Origin: Rhodosorus marinus CCMP1338
Taxonomy: Eukaryota; Plantae; Rhodophyta
Assembly: GCA_029953675.1 (NCBI GenBank)
Contig: JAMWBK010000001.1
Coordinates: 1,260,001 to 1,508,000 of the forward strand
Direction: 5' to 3'
Length of the DNA: 248,000 nucleotides
Shown in pieces: positions 14,701 through 27,933 of this stretch. A program made the translations under genes and the position numbers. A model generated the notes under the pieces. It was not told where the DNA came from. It worked only from the letters and a program-made list of their open reading frames with translations, and made no database searches. Position 1 is the first letter of the stretch. Each line of letters starts with the position of its first letter.

Positions 14701-17700
14701 AGACTAGTGAAGATGAAGATCACGCACCTCCAACATCAAAGCAGCGTCCATACGTCACAACAGGAAACTCAAACGGGTTAACAACGAGGAGAGCCGAGGG
14801 GCGCTCACGGAACAATTCGCGAAGTCAACGGGAACCACGGAATCCACAAAGCCAAGACACTCAAATACCAAGGGTACATGACGATGCGCTAAAGCCGAAG
14901 CTCGAATTCCAGCGGAAGCAAAGCCCCGGCGTACTTTGCTTCTTTGTCACTTCGCATAGCTGCAGCAGATGATCCACGGCGCTCCCCCGAAGCCGGCAGG
15001 CAACGGCTGGCCTCAGAATTGCGCACAGCAGGGTCAACGTACGTAGTTCGGTGGCAATCTTCACAGGTGCAAACGAGGTGGGCATCACGGCCCTCTTCAT
15101 TCTGGTAAGCCGCCACAGTCAAGGACTGCTCACAGGGCAATATTAGCGAATGCAAACTAAAATGCCGCTGTTCCCCTACCACCAGACAAGCGCATCAGAG
15201 CGGCATTAACTAGGCAATCTATGCTTCATCTCCTAGCGCCCCACCCCTAAAAGATGTCAGAAAGTGGGGACCAAAAGAGAAAAACAGTTACAAATTCGCA
15301 GAACTTTACATTATCATGGGTCATATATGATCTGGGCAATAGGCTCAAGTCTAGAACTATTCTCTTAGATTAGAGCTGGTATTCCTATATCTAACGTTGA
15401 CGTACGGGTTTGTGATATGCTACCCACTCTGTCCCCTAGATGTTTTATCTAATATTCCATGCTTAAAATTTCATATTTCGAATTATTCTTACTCTTCGAT
15501 TAATTATATTAATAATACAAGTTGTACTTCACCAGATACTCATTTACAACATATTTGTTTTTCATAAAGGTACTTAAAAGCTTTTTATTGGTAAAATCAC
15601 TGTCATCCGTCTTACACTATTTTTAATTCAAATTTATTTTATTCATGTAGTGAAATTATCTTCTTGTGTTTTCGAAGGTTTCGTGAAATTATTAATAATA
15701 TGAACAAAAAATAGCGTGCACCTAATCGCCTCATAATGCAATCTTGAAATATGGAAATGTTTAGCCAAAACAATCATTGACATAACTTGATTGGGTGGAC
15801 GGTAATACTAGTCTAATAAGTTAATTTTATTCTTATCACATTTATTCGTATTGAGTATGCTTTATCACCCTATGTGACATTATAGAGAAATTTCATTGTT
15901 TATTCAAAAATGCTACGCGATCGATTCCCCAAGACGATCTATTTTTGCTGACAGCTGACGCGATAGTGGATCCGCTTTTGTAATCTTAGAACGAAGTAAT
16001 TTTTATGCCATTTTGTGGATTAACTCTCTATGATTGGTTAATCTATTGTCAGTCAAGTGGCGAAAAAAATGTTTCTTACATAACATAAATATATTTTGAG
16101 GTATCAATGATGGAATTCGAAAGTTTTGTGTTTTGAGAGAATTTGTGGTTAACTTCTTATTATTCTTACAGTGTTTTATAGTTTCTTTAAATGATAGTTT
16201 TTTTGCAGGGGGGTTAATTTGTTGGGTTGACATGTGGGACATGTGGTTGGAGTAGAGAGGGGGTTGATGAGTGGGACTATACACGGGGATGGGTGGGTTG
16301 TGGCCTTGGGGGGGGAGGGGGGAGGAGGAAGAGTTTACTAACGACTTTTTTTTTCAAGGCGCTGTAGGAGTTTGAGATTGACTGTCTAACGACGTCCTCG
16401 AGAGCGGGAGTCGAGCTGCTGAAAACGAGAAAAGGTTCGAACGGGCTTAGGGGGTCATGACCTGTTCCCAATGATTGTGAGCAGGAGACTTCTTGCACTC
16501 ACCTAAGGAAGTGGGGTTTGGGTAGCCCGGTGGCCTGACGTGTCCAAAACATTCCGCGGGTAGTCAGGTAGGGAATTTCAGAGAACGGATGGATGGTAGT
16601 CAGCAGAACTAAATTCAAAAATATGTGCTCTGTCACACACCTCCCTCCGTACCAGGGATACATCCCTGAGGAGGAAGGGGATCCAGTTCTTGGCTTTCTG
16701 GAGGGGCACCTGTGACGGCACCTATGACTGCACCTGCGACCGCACCAGGGTCAGTCGCAATACCAGCGAATGCACCAGCGCCAGCAGCGACGGTTTTGCA
16801 TTTAGGATAGCCATTCCCACGGACACGAACAGGGGGGTTAAAATAATCTGAACGAATGTGCGGGTTTCACTCAACTATTATTGTTTCATAATCTCTCCTG
16901 CCTTCTTGAATAAATCTAATGCGAACCCCCCGTTGCGAGCTCGCTTCCAACCCCCCCTTTTGTTACTCTTGCATGAAAGGTGCTTCGAAAGCACATCACC
17001 GATGTTTGCTCTTTCTTCCGCACCAAAGACTATACCGCACATTACGTGCTGAAGGGTAGGGATTCCCCGCTCAACCCTAGGGCTATCGTTACACTGGTAT
17101 GTATTCCTGTACCTTATGAACCGCCCTCAGCGTTGTCAAGTCCCCTTCAAACCGTCCCAAGTCAAACCCAGCAGTACACATTAGTACAACACACTAATAC
17201 TATCCTCTCCTTCTCTAACCCCCCTCCCCAAACGACGTAACCCACACACGAGGACCCTCAACTTTCATTTCTACCCCCTTGCGAAAACCAAACCCGTCAC
17301 TCCCCTTTTTAAATTTTTCTCAAATAAACCCCATCCCCAAAAAATTACATTATCCAGAACAACATTAATAACAAAAAACAAAGATCTAAGTTACTCCATC
17401 CACCTCCCCATTCGCCATAAAAGACACGTGTTATAATATTTCCACCAATATGGATTTATTATAATAAAATTAAACCCTTCAAAAATTATACGTTCGCGGG
17501 AACCTGAAAATTAAACTAAACGATAAAAATTTCTACCTCGCTTCCCCCCCCCCCTCTTTTTTTGAGGATTAAAATAAAAAAAGGTTCCTAAAAGTTTTTG
17601 GTGTTCAAGAGACGGCGCTGTTTTTTTCGGTTTGCACTTTTCAGCTTTTAGAGAGTGGAAAGTAAAATCTCATCGCGGCTTGGCGATGATGGGGAAAAAA

Positions 17701-17843
17701 GTTTTACTTTTGAGAGACAATGGCTTCAGCCACCTTTATGGCTACGGAGAGGTGGAAGGGTATATAAGGTGGTGGGCTGGGAAGAGGGGGGGGGGGGGGG
17801 GGTGGAAGAGGCAAGTGCCTAGTGGATTTTTTGGGCAGGAAGG

Positions 17844-19235
17844 ATGGCGAGGTTAGTGTTTGTGGTTGCGTTGGTGTTTGCGGCGGCGGCGCTGGTGTCC
17901 GATGTGGCGTCGGTTGCTGTTGGTGATACGGAGGCGTCCGAGCGTCAGGTGATCTTTCCACCGGTGATCATCTTGCCTCCAAAGATTCCGATTCCGAGAT
18001 ATACGTACGTCGAGGATACTGTGTGCATCCCGGTGAGGAAGGTGGTCGGCGACTTGAAGAATCTGAAGAACATGAAGGTCCGTCTGAATAACTACGGCAA
18101 GTGGCGTGGTTTGAACAAGAAGTTTCTGGATAAAACCGGGAGCTACTTCCAGATGCCCGACAGGAAGAGGAAGTTCATCAACTTGCCAGCGACCAATGAG
18201 GTAAAATACCCGCTGTTTCCGCTCTCCGTCAAGGAGTACTACGAGGGCTACCTCAGCGACATTCGAACCGATGAAGTCACCATCTCCCTCGCCAACCTCG
18301 GAAGCGCCGACGCACATGTCGTGGTCACCATTGATTCGGAGACGAAAGGCAAGGAGTTCCGTATGGGATGCACCGACAGGAAAAAGAAGAAGCCGTGCTC
18401 CAAGAAGAAGCAGAACTACACTGGACAGATGAAGAACATCGTTACCCGCGTCTACATGAAGATCAATACCGACGCCAAGGACAGATACGAGGGATTTCTC
18501 AGCTACTCCTTCGTGGACTTTGATTTCAACATCAGCATGCACCCTTGGATTGTCTCCAACACCGACCTGATCAATCGCGGTGGTCTTGCGGCCTACATCC
18601 CGAAGATCAAAGATGCCATGGAAGACGTCCTGATCTCCCAGATCAAGAAGGAGACGTTCCAGAAGCTGGTCATGAAGAAGCTCAACAAGAGAATCCTCAA
18701 GGAACTCAGGGAGTACTACCTCAAGCGAGCTCTGAGCTTCAACTATCCCAAGCCTCCGAAGTCCAAGGACGTGGAGAAGTGGATCAAGTCGAGCTTGACG
18801 ATCAAGAAGTGGTACTACAACAGGAGAGGTTACCTGTGCATGATGACGAGGTACCGAAAGTGGGTCGACCACAGCTACGTCGAGCTCATATCCTTCTCCC
18901 CGGACAACTCCGCCGTTGCCGACTTCTGCCCCTTCTCGTTCCCGTTCACCGCCAAGCTTTCAGTCGCCGGGCCGGTCTCCATCGAAGCGAGAATCGACTT
19001 CTCCGACGGCGATTCGAGCGAGCCGGTCAAGTGGGCGTACCTGGTGGAAGAAACGAGCTCCCGAGGCATATCACACTCGATCAAGGGCACGCAGCTCTCG
19101 GAAAAAGCCATGTACGCTCAGCTTGTTCTCGAGTACAAGGGCATCTTCGGAAATACCTTCAAGATCAGGTCCCCCGATCGCGCCGCGTTCATCAAAGCAA
19201 GGTGTCTGGGATTCGTCGCCTTGCCCAAGCCCTGA
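17844..19235 (+). CDS. Secreted protein of unknown function (463 aa), paralog of 214829-216220
   Basis: Signal peptide MARLVFVVALVFAAAALVS; strong C/G third-position codon bias; shares CPF.F.F, F/YSDG and VDFD blocks with the paralog. Confidence 0.8.
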   Translation: MARLVFVVALVFAAAALVSDVASVAVGDTEASERQVIFPPVIILPPKIPIPRYTYVEDTVCIPVRKVVGDLKNLKNMKVRLNNYGKWRGLNKKFLDKTGSYFQMPDRKRKFINLPATNEVKYPLFPLSVKEYYEGYLSDIRTDEVTISLANLGSADAHVVVTIDSETKGKEFRMGCTDRKKKKPCSKKKQNYTGQMKNIVTRVYMKINTDAKDRYEGFLSYSFVDFDFNISMHPWIVSNTDLINRGGLAAYIPKIKDAMEDVLISQIKKETFQKLVMKKLNKRILKELREYYLKRALSFNYPKPPKSKDVEKWIKSSLTIKKWYYNRRGYLCMMTRYRKWVDHSYVELISFSPDNSAVADFCPFSFPFTAKLSVAGPVSIEARIDFSDGDSSEPVKWAYLVEETSSRGISHSIKGTQLSEKAMYAQLVLEYKGIFGNTFKIRSPDRAAFIKARCLGFVALPKP

Positions 19236-19559
19236 TCGCCGCCGATGACTTGGAGCAGCTGCTCTGGATGTGATTCCGCTGCACGCTTGGGGTTGCCGGG
19301 AGGATGTGCGTGGAGAACCTCCTTTCTCCCTCAAGACGCCACCCAGGTTTTTGAAACGGTGATGTCCCAGCAATGAAAAGGGCGACTGTCCCACTTTGTG
19401 GGACATGGGACAAAGACGACGTTATTTTTTTTTTTGTTTAATGGATACGAGCGGTGATAATAAAATACGCTATAGACTCATTTTAGACGTTGGAATCTTA
19501 ACTATTTAGCGTGAATTTACATCGACGAACGAATTTACATCGGCGCTATTTACATTTAT

Positions 19560-20520
19560 TTAGTATATCTGATTGCTAGATTAGAATCCGAGTCATGCTA
19601 CCCATATGGATATTTTTGCGGTCCGTTCTCTGCCGGAAAACGAAAGGAAAGATGCCTCGCGGTATTTGTGAACGAGTGCGACAAGCTGGATCTCGCTCTT
19701 CGCGCTCACGAAGAAGAGTGAGGTGGACGAAGCAATGCGGGACGCGATCTGACTTAATCTTTCTCACCCTTGAGCCGTATTGGGTTTGAAAAGTCATGAT
19801 CGCCTCTAGCATCGCTTCGTCCACCTCGCTCTTCTTCGTTAGCAAGAAGCGCGAGATCCAGCTTATCGCTCGATCTGACTTAATCTTTCTCACCCTTGAG
19901 CGGTATTGAGTTTTAAAAGTCGTGATCACTTCTCGCATCGCTTCGTCCACGTCGCTCTTCTTCGTGAGCGCGAAGAGCGTCATCCAGCTTGTACCCTCGT
20001 CTACAAATACCGCGAGGTATCTTTTTCTTTCGTATATCGGCAGGGAACGGACCGCAAGTATCCGTATTTGCGTATCCGCGGGGTCCTGGAGGGGTTGTTT
20101 TAGGGTGTCTGCCGTTGTTTGAGCCTTTCCTCTCGAAACACGTAGTTGTGGAAGTTCAGGTACGCAAGCATCTGAAATTTCCACCTACCGAAGGCCGACC
20201 TGTTCCCTTCTCTCCCCGAGAAGGGTTCAAGGATCCTCAACCCCCGTAGCAAACCGCCACCCTCTCTTTCCCCCCTCGCCATCACGATCCAGAAAAAGAA
20301 ATTACCTATCGCCTTACCACGCGATCACGAGACCATGTTCACAAAATTGGACTCGACCCACATTTTCCCCCCGGAACCGGTACACCTTCTGTATTGATCC
20401 CTAACGTGCCTGAGTATCTACAATTCATTGAGTATTCGATCGGGTAGTCCACCGTCGTACGACGAGGACGGTCGACCCAGATCATTCATGATACAATCGT
20501 CAAGGTTACTACATACCGGT
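19560..20520 (-). mobile_element. Ty1/copia fragment (LTR end, PBS, gag start, tandemly duplicated integrase piece)
   Basis: YLAVFVDEGTSWMTLFALTKKSDV..VRKIKSDRA integrase motif occurring twice; ...TGTGAACA-TGGTCTCGTGATCGC LTR/PBS junction. Confidence 0.7.
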
Positions 20521-21483
20521 TGTCGACGATGAATGAATTCGTTTAATCGGAGACTGAAAAAACCCGCGGGGAAAAAAAGGACAAAACGCGGCGAAGATCG
20601 CGCGCCTCCAACATCAAAACAGCGTTCATACGCCACAGCAAGAAACTTAAACGGGTAAACAACGAGGACAGACGGTCAGGGCGTTCGCGGAACACTTCCC
20701 GAAGCCAACCAGAACCAACGGAATCCATAAACCCACAGCAACAATGACCAATGACCAGAGGTAGCAGGCGATGCGCTAGAGCCGAAGAACGAATACCTGG
20801 GGAAGACAAAGCCCCCCAATATTTCAACTCTTTGCGACGTCTCATACTGGCATAGGCAAATCCAGACGGCGCTCTTCCGCGGCCGGCAAATAACGACTAG
20901 CCTGAGGAGTAGGAACAGCAAGATCAACGTACGTCATAACGCGTCTATGCTATCTTCAAGAGTTCCCATCTACGATGTGGCTCTACTACCGCAGTACCCA
21001 CTTATGTATGATCCCGAACGGCCTCACCGGCCAACACTGCCTCACCGGCCAACACTTTAGAAGGCTCTTGGCCGAGCTTGGGGATGGAGAAGAAGGCCAT
21101 AGTTACGAAGGCTTAGTACCACCCGCACAATGACAGTCTTGCTTGTCTGGTTTTTGCTTCTGGGGGAGGTGTAGGAGGAGGGTGGCCGTTCGACGACTCG
21201 AGAGCGAGGGGAGTTGTCGCTGCGCACGTCATGCGCCACCGCAAGGAGGTGTTGTACCAGGAGGCCAATACGAACATCATCACCCTGCAGCAACCTGTGC
21301 CATGCTGGTTTGTTTCGGTTGTTATTGGGGTCTTTGGATTCATCGAGAGTTCACGGGCGACTTGGCTTCGGGATTCCTTTCCGCGGTCGTGATGAGACAC
21401 TCTCGCTTTTCATCCCCTCTTTGAGCCTTAACGCTGTAATGTTCCAATGCGACCTTAGTCATAGAGGCCCGCTCTCTTAAACT

Positions 21484-21597
21484 GGACTTTACTAGCATAG
21501 CCTGAAGCGCTACGCAAGGCGTGAAGATGAACTAGTGACTAGGGAGGGAAGCATGCAACCCCAGGCGCCGATGGCGCGCCTCGGAAAGCATGTCACT
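21484..21597 (-). mobile_element. 114-bp 5'-truncated family A insertion
   Basis: Family A 3' end flanked by TSD GCTCTCTTAAACT. Confidence 0.9.
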
Positions 21598-22756
21598 GCT
21601 CTCTTAAACTAGCTTAGCCTTTTTCCTCTCATGGTTGTGGTATCTGAACAAACGACTTCGATTTGATCGGGGGAGATCTGTTCTACGGAAGCAAGAAATT
21701 ACAAACCAAAGATGAGAGTATGGAACTCAGAGATTGGCTTTGGCCGAACCGCAGCATGACCAACCGAACCGAAAAGAATGGAGCAACCATGAAAAGCAGC
21801 AGTCGTGGTTCTACAAAACAATCTAATGCGTTTCTGCCCAAGTCGGGAGAAGACAAGACAAGCCGTACAGGAGTTGGAACTTCACGACCGCGACGAGATA
21901 CATGAGGACGGCGGATTGGAAGTTGAGGAACAGGATGTTGTCGTCGACAGCCTGGAGGATGATCACATGCCAGAAGTCGCGTCGATCCTGATGGCGTCAC
22001 CGCAGGAACCTGCACCGGAATCAAGTATCGGACACTGGAAAGGTGAAAGGCTTCTCCGGAATGTGGTAGAATCCGAATTAAATGAATCGTTTTATGGCAG
22101 GACCAGATCGTAACTTCGGAACTGCCTTCATTACTTGAAGCAATCAGTTCATAGTAAAATACTCTATAAATTTCAATTTTAATCGGAAAGTTCTTACCGT
22201 ATAATTGTGTATATGGACGGAGTTTCCCATGTCCGGTTTAGCTGGTTCAGCTGGTGCCGCTTCCGACGGGTCGACAAAGGCCACAGCATTCGTCCATATG
22301 AAGGGTGCAAGAAGGAACCCGTGCGTGAGATTCGTGGTCAGAACCGGGGTTCACGGGGTGCACCACACCCCACGTTCATGAGCGTGGGCACTATGGCGAA
22401 CGCAAACGATAAGAGGTGTAGCTGCCATAAACCCTGGGAGCCTAAAGCTCGCCAAGAGAACACACTGGTCGTCCTAAACGAAAAGCACAAGAGGCAACCA
22501 GTGCGTGAGGTTCTTGATCGGAACCGTGCTCTGTCGGAGTATGCACTCATTCCTTTACCTTCGTCAGCGGGGCTACTATGACATAGAAGAAGCTCCAGGG
22601 TGCAATAGTCTTAGCTACCACAAACCAGGTCTCATTGCGTCTTGCAGATCCTTCCGAGCGCGTGACAAAATGCACCAAAACGGTCATCGCGACCGTGTCC
22701 AGGTAAACTGCAAATCAATCAAATTAAGAAATAAATAATAATGCATTAACTAAAAG

Positions 22757-23934
22757 TCTTGCTTCCCAGCGTACCGGAAAGCGCCCAAGACTTGTTTCTG
22801 GAGCTCCAAACCGCCCTGAATTCCTGTACTAGTCTCCCCGAAACCGTTCAACCCCGTCTTCCTGACTGGCGAGCTGTATTTGACCGCTCTCGAGGCTCCG
22901 CCCCGGGGATTCGTCCTGCGCCTGAACCTGTTCTAGGGGAGATTGACCCAGTGGTTGCCACAGAAGAAGAAGTTCCAGTTGATCCTCCTGATGATTCCCA
23001 GCGCGCTGGGAGCCGAGCTCAAGCACGCACGGATGCGCTGCAAAATATCCTTTCTTGGGACTTGCACCGTGCTGCATATGGCCGACTCCTCGCGCAGATG
23101 GTCTCATCTTCTCGCGCTCGCGCCCGCCTACGTAGTCTTGGAGGGGTTCTTAGCTCTCAGTGGCTCATGACCGTACCAGCCTTTCCGCCACTCACACTGT
23201 CGGATTTCGAAGTGCGTACTTCACTGCGCTTATACCTCGGCTTACATCAGCCCCCTTGGCCGTACGAGATGGGTTCGTCGTGCCCTCTCTGCTCTCAGAC
23301 TGAAGACAACGCAGATTTTGGCGCCCACCTGCTCGCTAGTTGCCCGGCGGTGAAAGGTGCTCGAACCCGCCGCCACACACGGATCTTGAACCTGTTATAC
23401 GGGGAACTTCGGCCTATAGTCCGGCAAGCCGGTCTGGAAATCGAACGTGAGAAACCTTTACCCGTCGCGGACTTTCAAAATGATGAACGCCGTGTAGCCG
23501 ACCTGGTGATCACCTGTGACGACAGCCGCCGTACCACATACGTTGATCTTGCTGTTCCTAACCCTCAAGCTAGTCGTTATCTCCCGGCTGCGGGGGAGCG
23601 CCGTGGATCTGCCGCCACCAGCATGAGACGCCGCAAAGAGATCAAATACGCGGGGGCTTTGTCTTCCCCTGGTGTTCGTGCTTCGGCATTAGCACATCGC
23701 TTGGTACCCCTGATCATTGAGTGCTTTGGGTTCATGGACTCTGTTGGTTCTCGCTGGCTTCGGGAGTTGTTCCGCGAACGCCCTGACCGTCTTCAATCGT
23801 TGTTTACCCGCTTAAGTTTCCTGCTGTGGCGCATGAATGCCGCTTTGATGTTGGAGGCGCGAGTACTTCGCCGCGCTTAGTCTTTTTTTCCCCTCGGGTT
23901 TTTTTTTTCAGCCTCCGATTAAACCATTCGTTCG
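22757..23934 (+). mobile_element. Family B non-LTR element, 5'-truncated young copy
   Basis: Intact C-terminal 373 aa (Zn knuckle + RLE); tail CCGATTAAACCATTCGTTCG; TSD AACTAAAA. Confidence 0.9.
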
Positions 23935-24546
23935 AACTAAAATCATAATCGTAAATATTGATATTGGCCCGGTCTTCGGGACAGTTTGGGACAGCAACTT
24001 GCGCGGCACCGTTCCCGTCCGGAGGTGCGTTTGTAGCTCCAGGAGGTGGCCAAGGCGTCTACATCGGGCCTTGGAGACGCATACCTCTGAAAATGAGAGG
24101 TCCCCCAAAGTCTCTCCGCTGACAGAAGGCTACGGAAAGGTGGATATGGAGGTCTCGATACTGGTCTGGAAAGGAAGCGGGAGCTGGGGCTGTTGCTGGC
24201 GGAGTGGAAAGCGGGGTATTGGGAGTTTTGGGAAGGGGATTTTGGGCTTTATTCACAAGTTCTGAGAGTATTGAGTTATATCGGCGTTCAATCATGACCA
24301 GTACGTCCCTCAGCTAAGAACCTTGTTAGATCTATCCTCTTCACCTAGTCAATTGTTGCGGTGGCAAGAACAAACGGGATTGAAAAGGCTGTCGGCGTAC
24401 AACGATCCCAAATACAATTCTCCTGTGGAGAGACACGGAGTTCCGACCGGTAACCATCCTGGCTTGCACGGGGGTGGAACCGGCAGGATCCAATCGTTGT
24501 CGCAGGAATTGTAGCAGAGGGGAATAGCCTCGGCTTGCCTCGCAGC

Positions 24547-25626
24547 CTAAGCGTTGATCGGCTGCACCGGTTCAACCTCGGGGGTGTAGATCGGCTGCAC
24601 CGGTTCAACCTCGGGGGTGTAGATCGGCTGCACCGGTTCAACCTCGGGGGTGTAGATCGGCTGCACCGGTTCAACCTCGGGGGTGTAGATCGGCTGCACC
24701 GGTTCAACCTCGCGAGTGTAGATCGGCTGCACTGGCTCAACCTCGGGGGTGTAGATCGGCTGCACTGGCTCAACCTCGGGGGTGTAGATCGGCTGCACTG
24801 GCTCAACCTCGGGGGTGTAGATCGGCTGCACTGGCTCAACCTCGCGAGTGTAGATCGGCTGCACTGGCTCCACCTCGGGGGTGTAGATCGGCTGCACTGG
24901 CTCTACCTCCGGCGTGTAGATCGGCTGCACTGGCTCAACCTCGGGGGTGTAGATCGGCTGCACTGGCTCAACCTCGGGGGTGTAGATCGGCTGCACTGGC
25001 TCTACCTCGGGCGTGTAGATCGGCTGCACCGGCTCTACCTCGGGCGTGTAGATCGGCTGCACCGGCTCTACCTCGGGCGTGTAGATCGGCTGCACCGGCT
25101 CAAACTCGGGGGTGTAGATTGGCTGCACTGGCTCAACCTCGCGAGTGTAGATCGGCTGCACTGGCTCAACCTTGGGGGTGTAGATCGGCTGCACTGGATC
25201 AACCTCGGGAGTGTAGATCGGCTGCACTGGCTTCACATCGCCAGTTCCTTCCCCTTCTTGGCTGCCTCTCTCGCTGTAGATCGGGTGCACTGGCTTCACA
25301 TCGGTGTCCGATACTGGCTGAATTGTGTGCTGCTCGAGTTCACAGATGCAGGAGTCGGAATTTGGGGCTGCTTCCCTTGTGTAGAAACCGTCGATGCCAT
25401 ACTGACTGCAGGCGTTTCCTTCAGCAACAATATGCTTAGTGCAGAGGGGCTTATACTGGCAGTCTGTAAAGACGCAAAGGTAGTCCTGAAGATGTAGGAA
25501 AAAGGGCGAGGTTAGACTATCTCAGCCGGACAAAGACTACGGGAAGTTGTTACTTCTTACCTTAGTGGGGACGGCTACGGCCAAGGCCACGACCATCAGG
25601 GCAACTAACCCAAAGCTGCTCTTCAT
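24547..25626 (-). CDS. Secreted Pro/Glu/Val-rich repeat protein (2 exons; intron 25486-25560)
   Basis: Exon 1 MKSSFGLVALMVVALAVAVPTK with GTAAG donor; exon 2 short Cys domain (DYLCVFTDCQYKPLC..C..CIC) then ~21 x (P/R)EVEPVQPIYT. Confidence 0.8.
24550..25230. repeat. 33-bp coding tandem repeat (~21 units)
   Basis: GTGTAGATCGGCTGCAC(C/T)GG(T/C)TCAACCTCGGGG units with no spacers. Confidence 0.95.
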
Positions 25627-26254
25627 CTTCCTCTTCGCTTAGTCTACTTTTCTTGGTTTTTCTTTTTCGTTGCAGTCTATTTGGTTGTCTTCTTTTTGTT
25701 GTTGTTGTATTCTTCCCCCGAAACAATCGCCAGCATCCCACCCATCTCCTTCACTTATATAGTCTTTCGAACCTCCATTGGCAAGCGCATTGGATCCTCG
25801 CGCAACTGTGCTTGCTGGACACGGTTTCTAAAAACGGAAAGCGTTTGCGAAGATATACCTGGACGCTCTCTTGAAGTTCAAGTCGTCATTTCGATGCTGC
25901 TCTCCCTAGTAATACGTTGAGGACCGCTGTAAACTTGAGAGCGGGCTCATTGATCTGGACACTGTCCCCTCTCCTGGATGGAATGACTGGACGAGCTGGA
26001 AAATCTATTTTCTACCTTGAACATGTCGGTTAGGTTTCTTGTCGTCTTCGAAGACAAGAAAAACTGAGGGGAAGGTAGGTAGCCTATGCTTTTATCCTCG
26101 TGCCCGCCGTGGTTGCTGGTCGAAGTTTTGGTATTCCGTAGGGCGGACTGTGATCTTTGGAGGGCTCCATTTTCTGTCAGAGGTTTTCCAGCTATGTAAG
26201 GCAAAACTACAGAAATGTTACCGCTCGCAAGTACGCTGGAGAGAGCCTTTCACT

Positions 26255-26600
26255 GGACTTTACTAGCATAGCCTGAAGCGCTACGCAAGGCGTGAAGATG
26301 AACTAATAACTAGGGAGGGAAGTATGCAACCCCAGGCGCCGATGGCGCGCCTCGGAAAGCATGTGGCTGGAATATCGCCAAAGGGAGACACTTAAACGCC
26401 TCAAGAGCGCCAAATATTCAGTAGGATGCTCAGCAAAACATTTCCGCAACCACTCTAAACCCGACTTATCGACGTGACCAAAGCTTTCCACAATGAATGG
26501 CTGGAACCGGTGAGAGCGACCCTCAGCGCAAGGCAGACTGGCCATGCTCTCAGCATACCGTCGAATAGCTTCTTGTTCTAGCCTTTCACTGGACTTTACT
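26255..26600 (-). mobile_element. 5'-truncated family A insertion with an extra tail unit at the 5' junction
   Basis: TSD AGCCTTTCACT; second GGACTTTACT unit near 26591. Confidence 0.85.
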
Positions 26601-27143
26601 AGCCTTTCACTAGAACAAGAAGCTTCCAAAAAGAGTTGGTGAGCGGACATATATATTTATATCCATCCGCCTACGCTCGTCCTCTTATCAACACTGTACC
26701 CACTTTCTAGAAAAACACTAAAACCAGCAACCCCGCAACTTTCGAGTACCTGTCCAGCAGAAATTCTCCCGCCCCCGTCTTCACACCTACAGGGCATATG
26801 ATCGTAGACGCATCGCCCGGTACCATTGGCGATTGAGTGTTCTGGCTTTTAACAGTGACTGTGGCAGGTAACCGTGAGCTTTATTGGGCAGTCGCCTAAT
26901 GCGACGTAACACTAAGCCGATTGCTATCTAGGGAATCACTCACAACAACCCCACACCGCCGAATGAGGGGTACGGGGTTATAATCTTCCGTAGATAGTGA
27001 CAAAATGAATGTTGCATTGAAATAAGCAGCTGCCTAATAAAGTCTACAGTTACGTGAGTCTAGGCTTCTTCTTCCCAAACCAACTTCCCCCTACCCTGTC
27101 CCCCTCCAAAACAACAGCAGAAAATCTCGGAGAGGAAGGAAAG

Positions 27144-27933
27144 CAGATTCTATATTAATCCTTCAGCATGTCCAGAGAAGCCTCACCTCCCTCCCTCTCC
27201 CCCAGCCCTCCGCCAGCTGTCGCTCATACAGAAGCCCCCATACCCAAACATTCCAAGTCATCCAAGCCTCTCGCCGTACGCTTTAACGTAACCCCAATCT
27301 GTATTCGATTCGATTCGATTCGAATACAGATTGAAGTATCGATTGAATGGACCGTATTCAGTCAATATATACTTGGCTAATTTATTTCGAAAATGAAAAC
27401 ACAAAATTAGAAAAAATTAGAGCTGGCTTGAACGTTGGATTTGATTGATTACAATCGTTATTTGACAATATTGATTGTTTTTGAGAGAAGAACGAACGAA
27501 TACATCGTTTCGAATACATCGTTTGATGTATTCGTTCGTTCTTCTTTCAAAAGTTTCGAATACATCGTTTGATGTATTCGTTCGTTCTTCTCTCAAAAAC
27601 AATCAATATTGTCAAATAACGATTGTAATCAATCAAATCCAACGTTCAAGCCAGCTCTAATTTTTTCTAATTTTGTGTTTTCATTTTCGAAATAAATTAG
27701 CCAAGTATATATTGACTGAATACGGTCCATTCAATCGATACTTCAATCTGTATTCGAATCGAATCGAATCGAATACAGATTGGGGTTACGTTAAAGCGTA
27801 CGGCGAGAGGCTTGGATGACTTGGAATGTTTGGGTATGGGGGCTTCTGTATGAGCGACAGCTGGCGGAGGGCTGGGGGAGAGGGAGGGAGGTGAGGCTTC
27901 TCTGGACATGCTGAAGGATTAATATAGAATCTG
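27144..27933. repeat. ~790-bp foldback palindrome with complex centre
   Basis: ORFs 27168-27380(+) and 27697-27909(-) give identical translations; arm partly repeated again at 27934-28070. Confidence 0.9.

Noticed and set aside
17853-19273. Long overlapping ORFs 17853-18872(-) and 18545-19273(+)
   Set aside because: Shadows caused by third-position GC bias of the real gene
24535-25497. 320-aa plus-strand ORF (VDRLHWLNLGG repeats) and CRISPR-like regularity
   Set aside because: Antisense shadow of the spliced minus-strand repeat gene; repeats have no unique spacers and no cas genes are present
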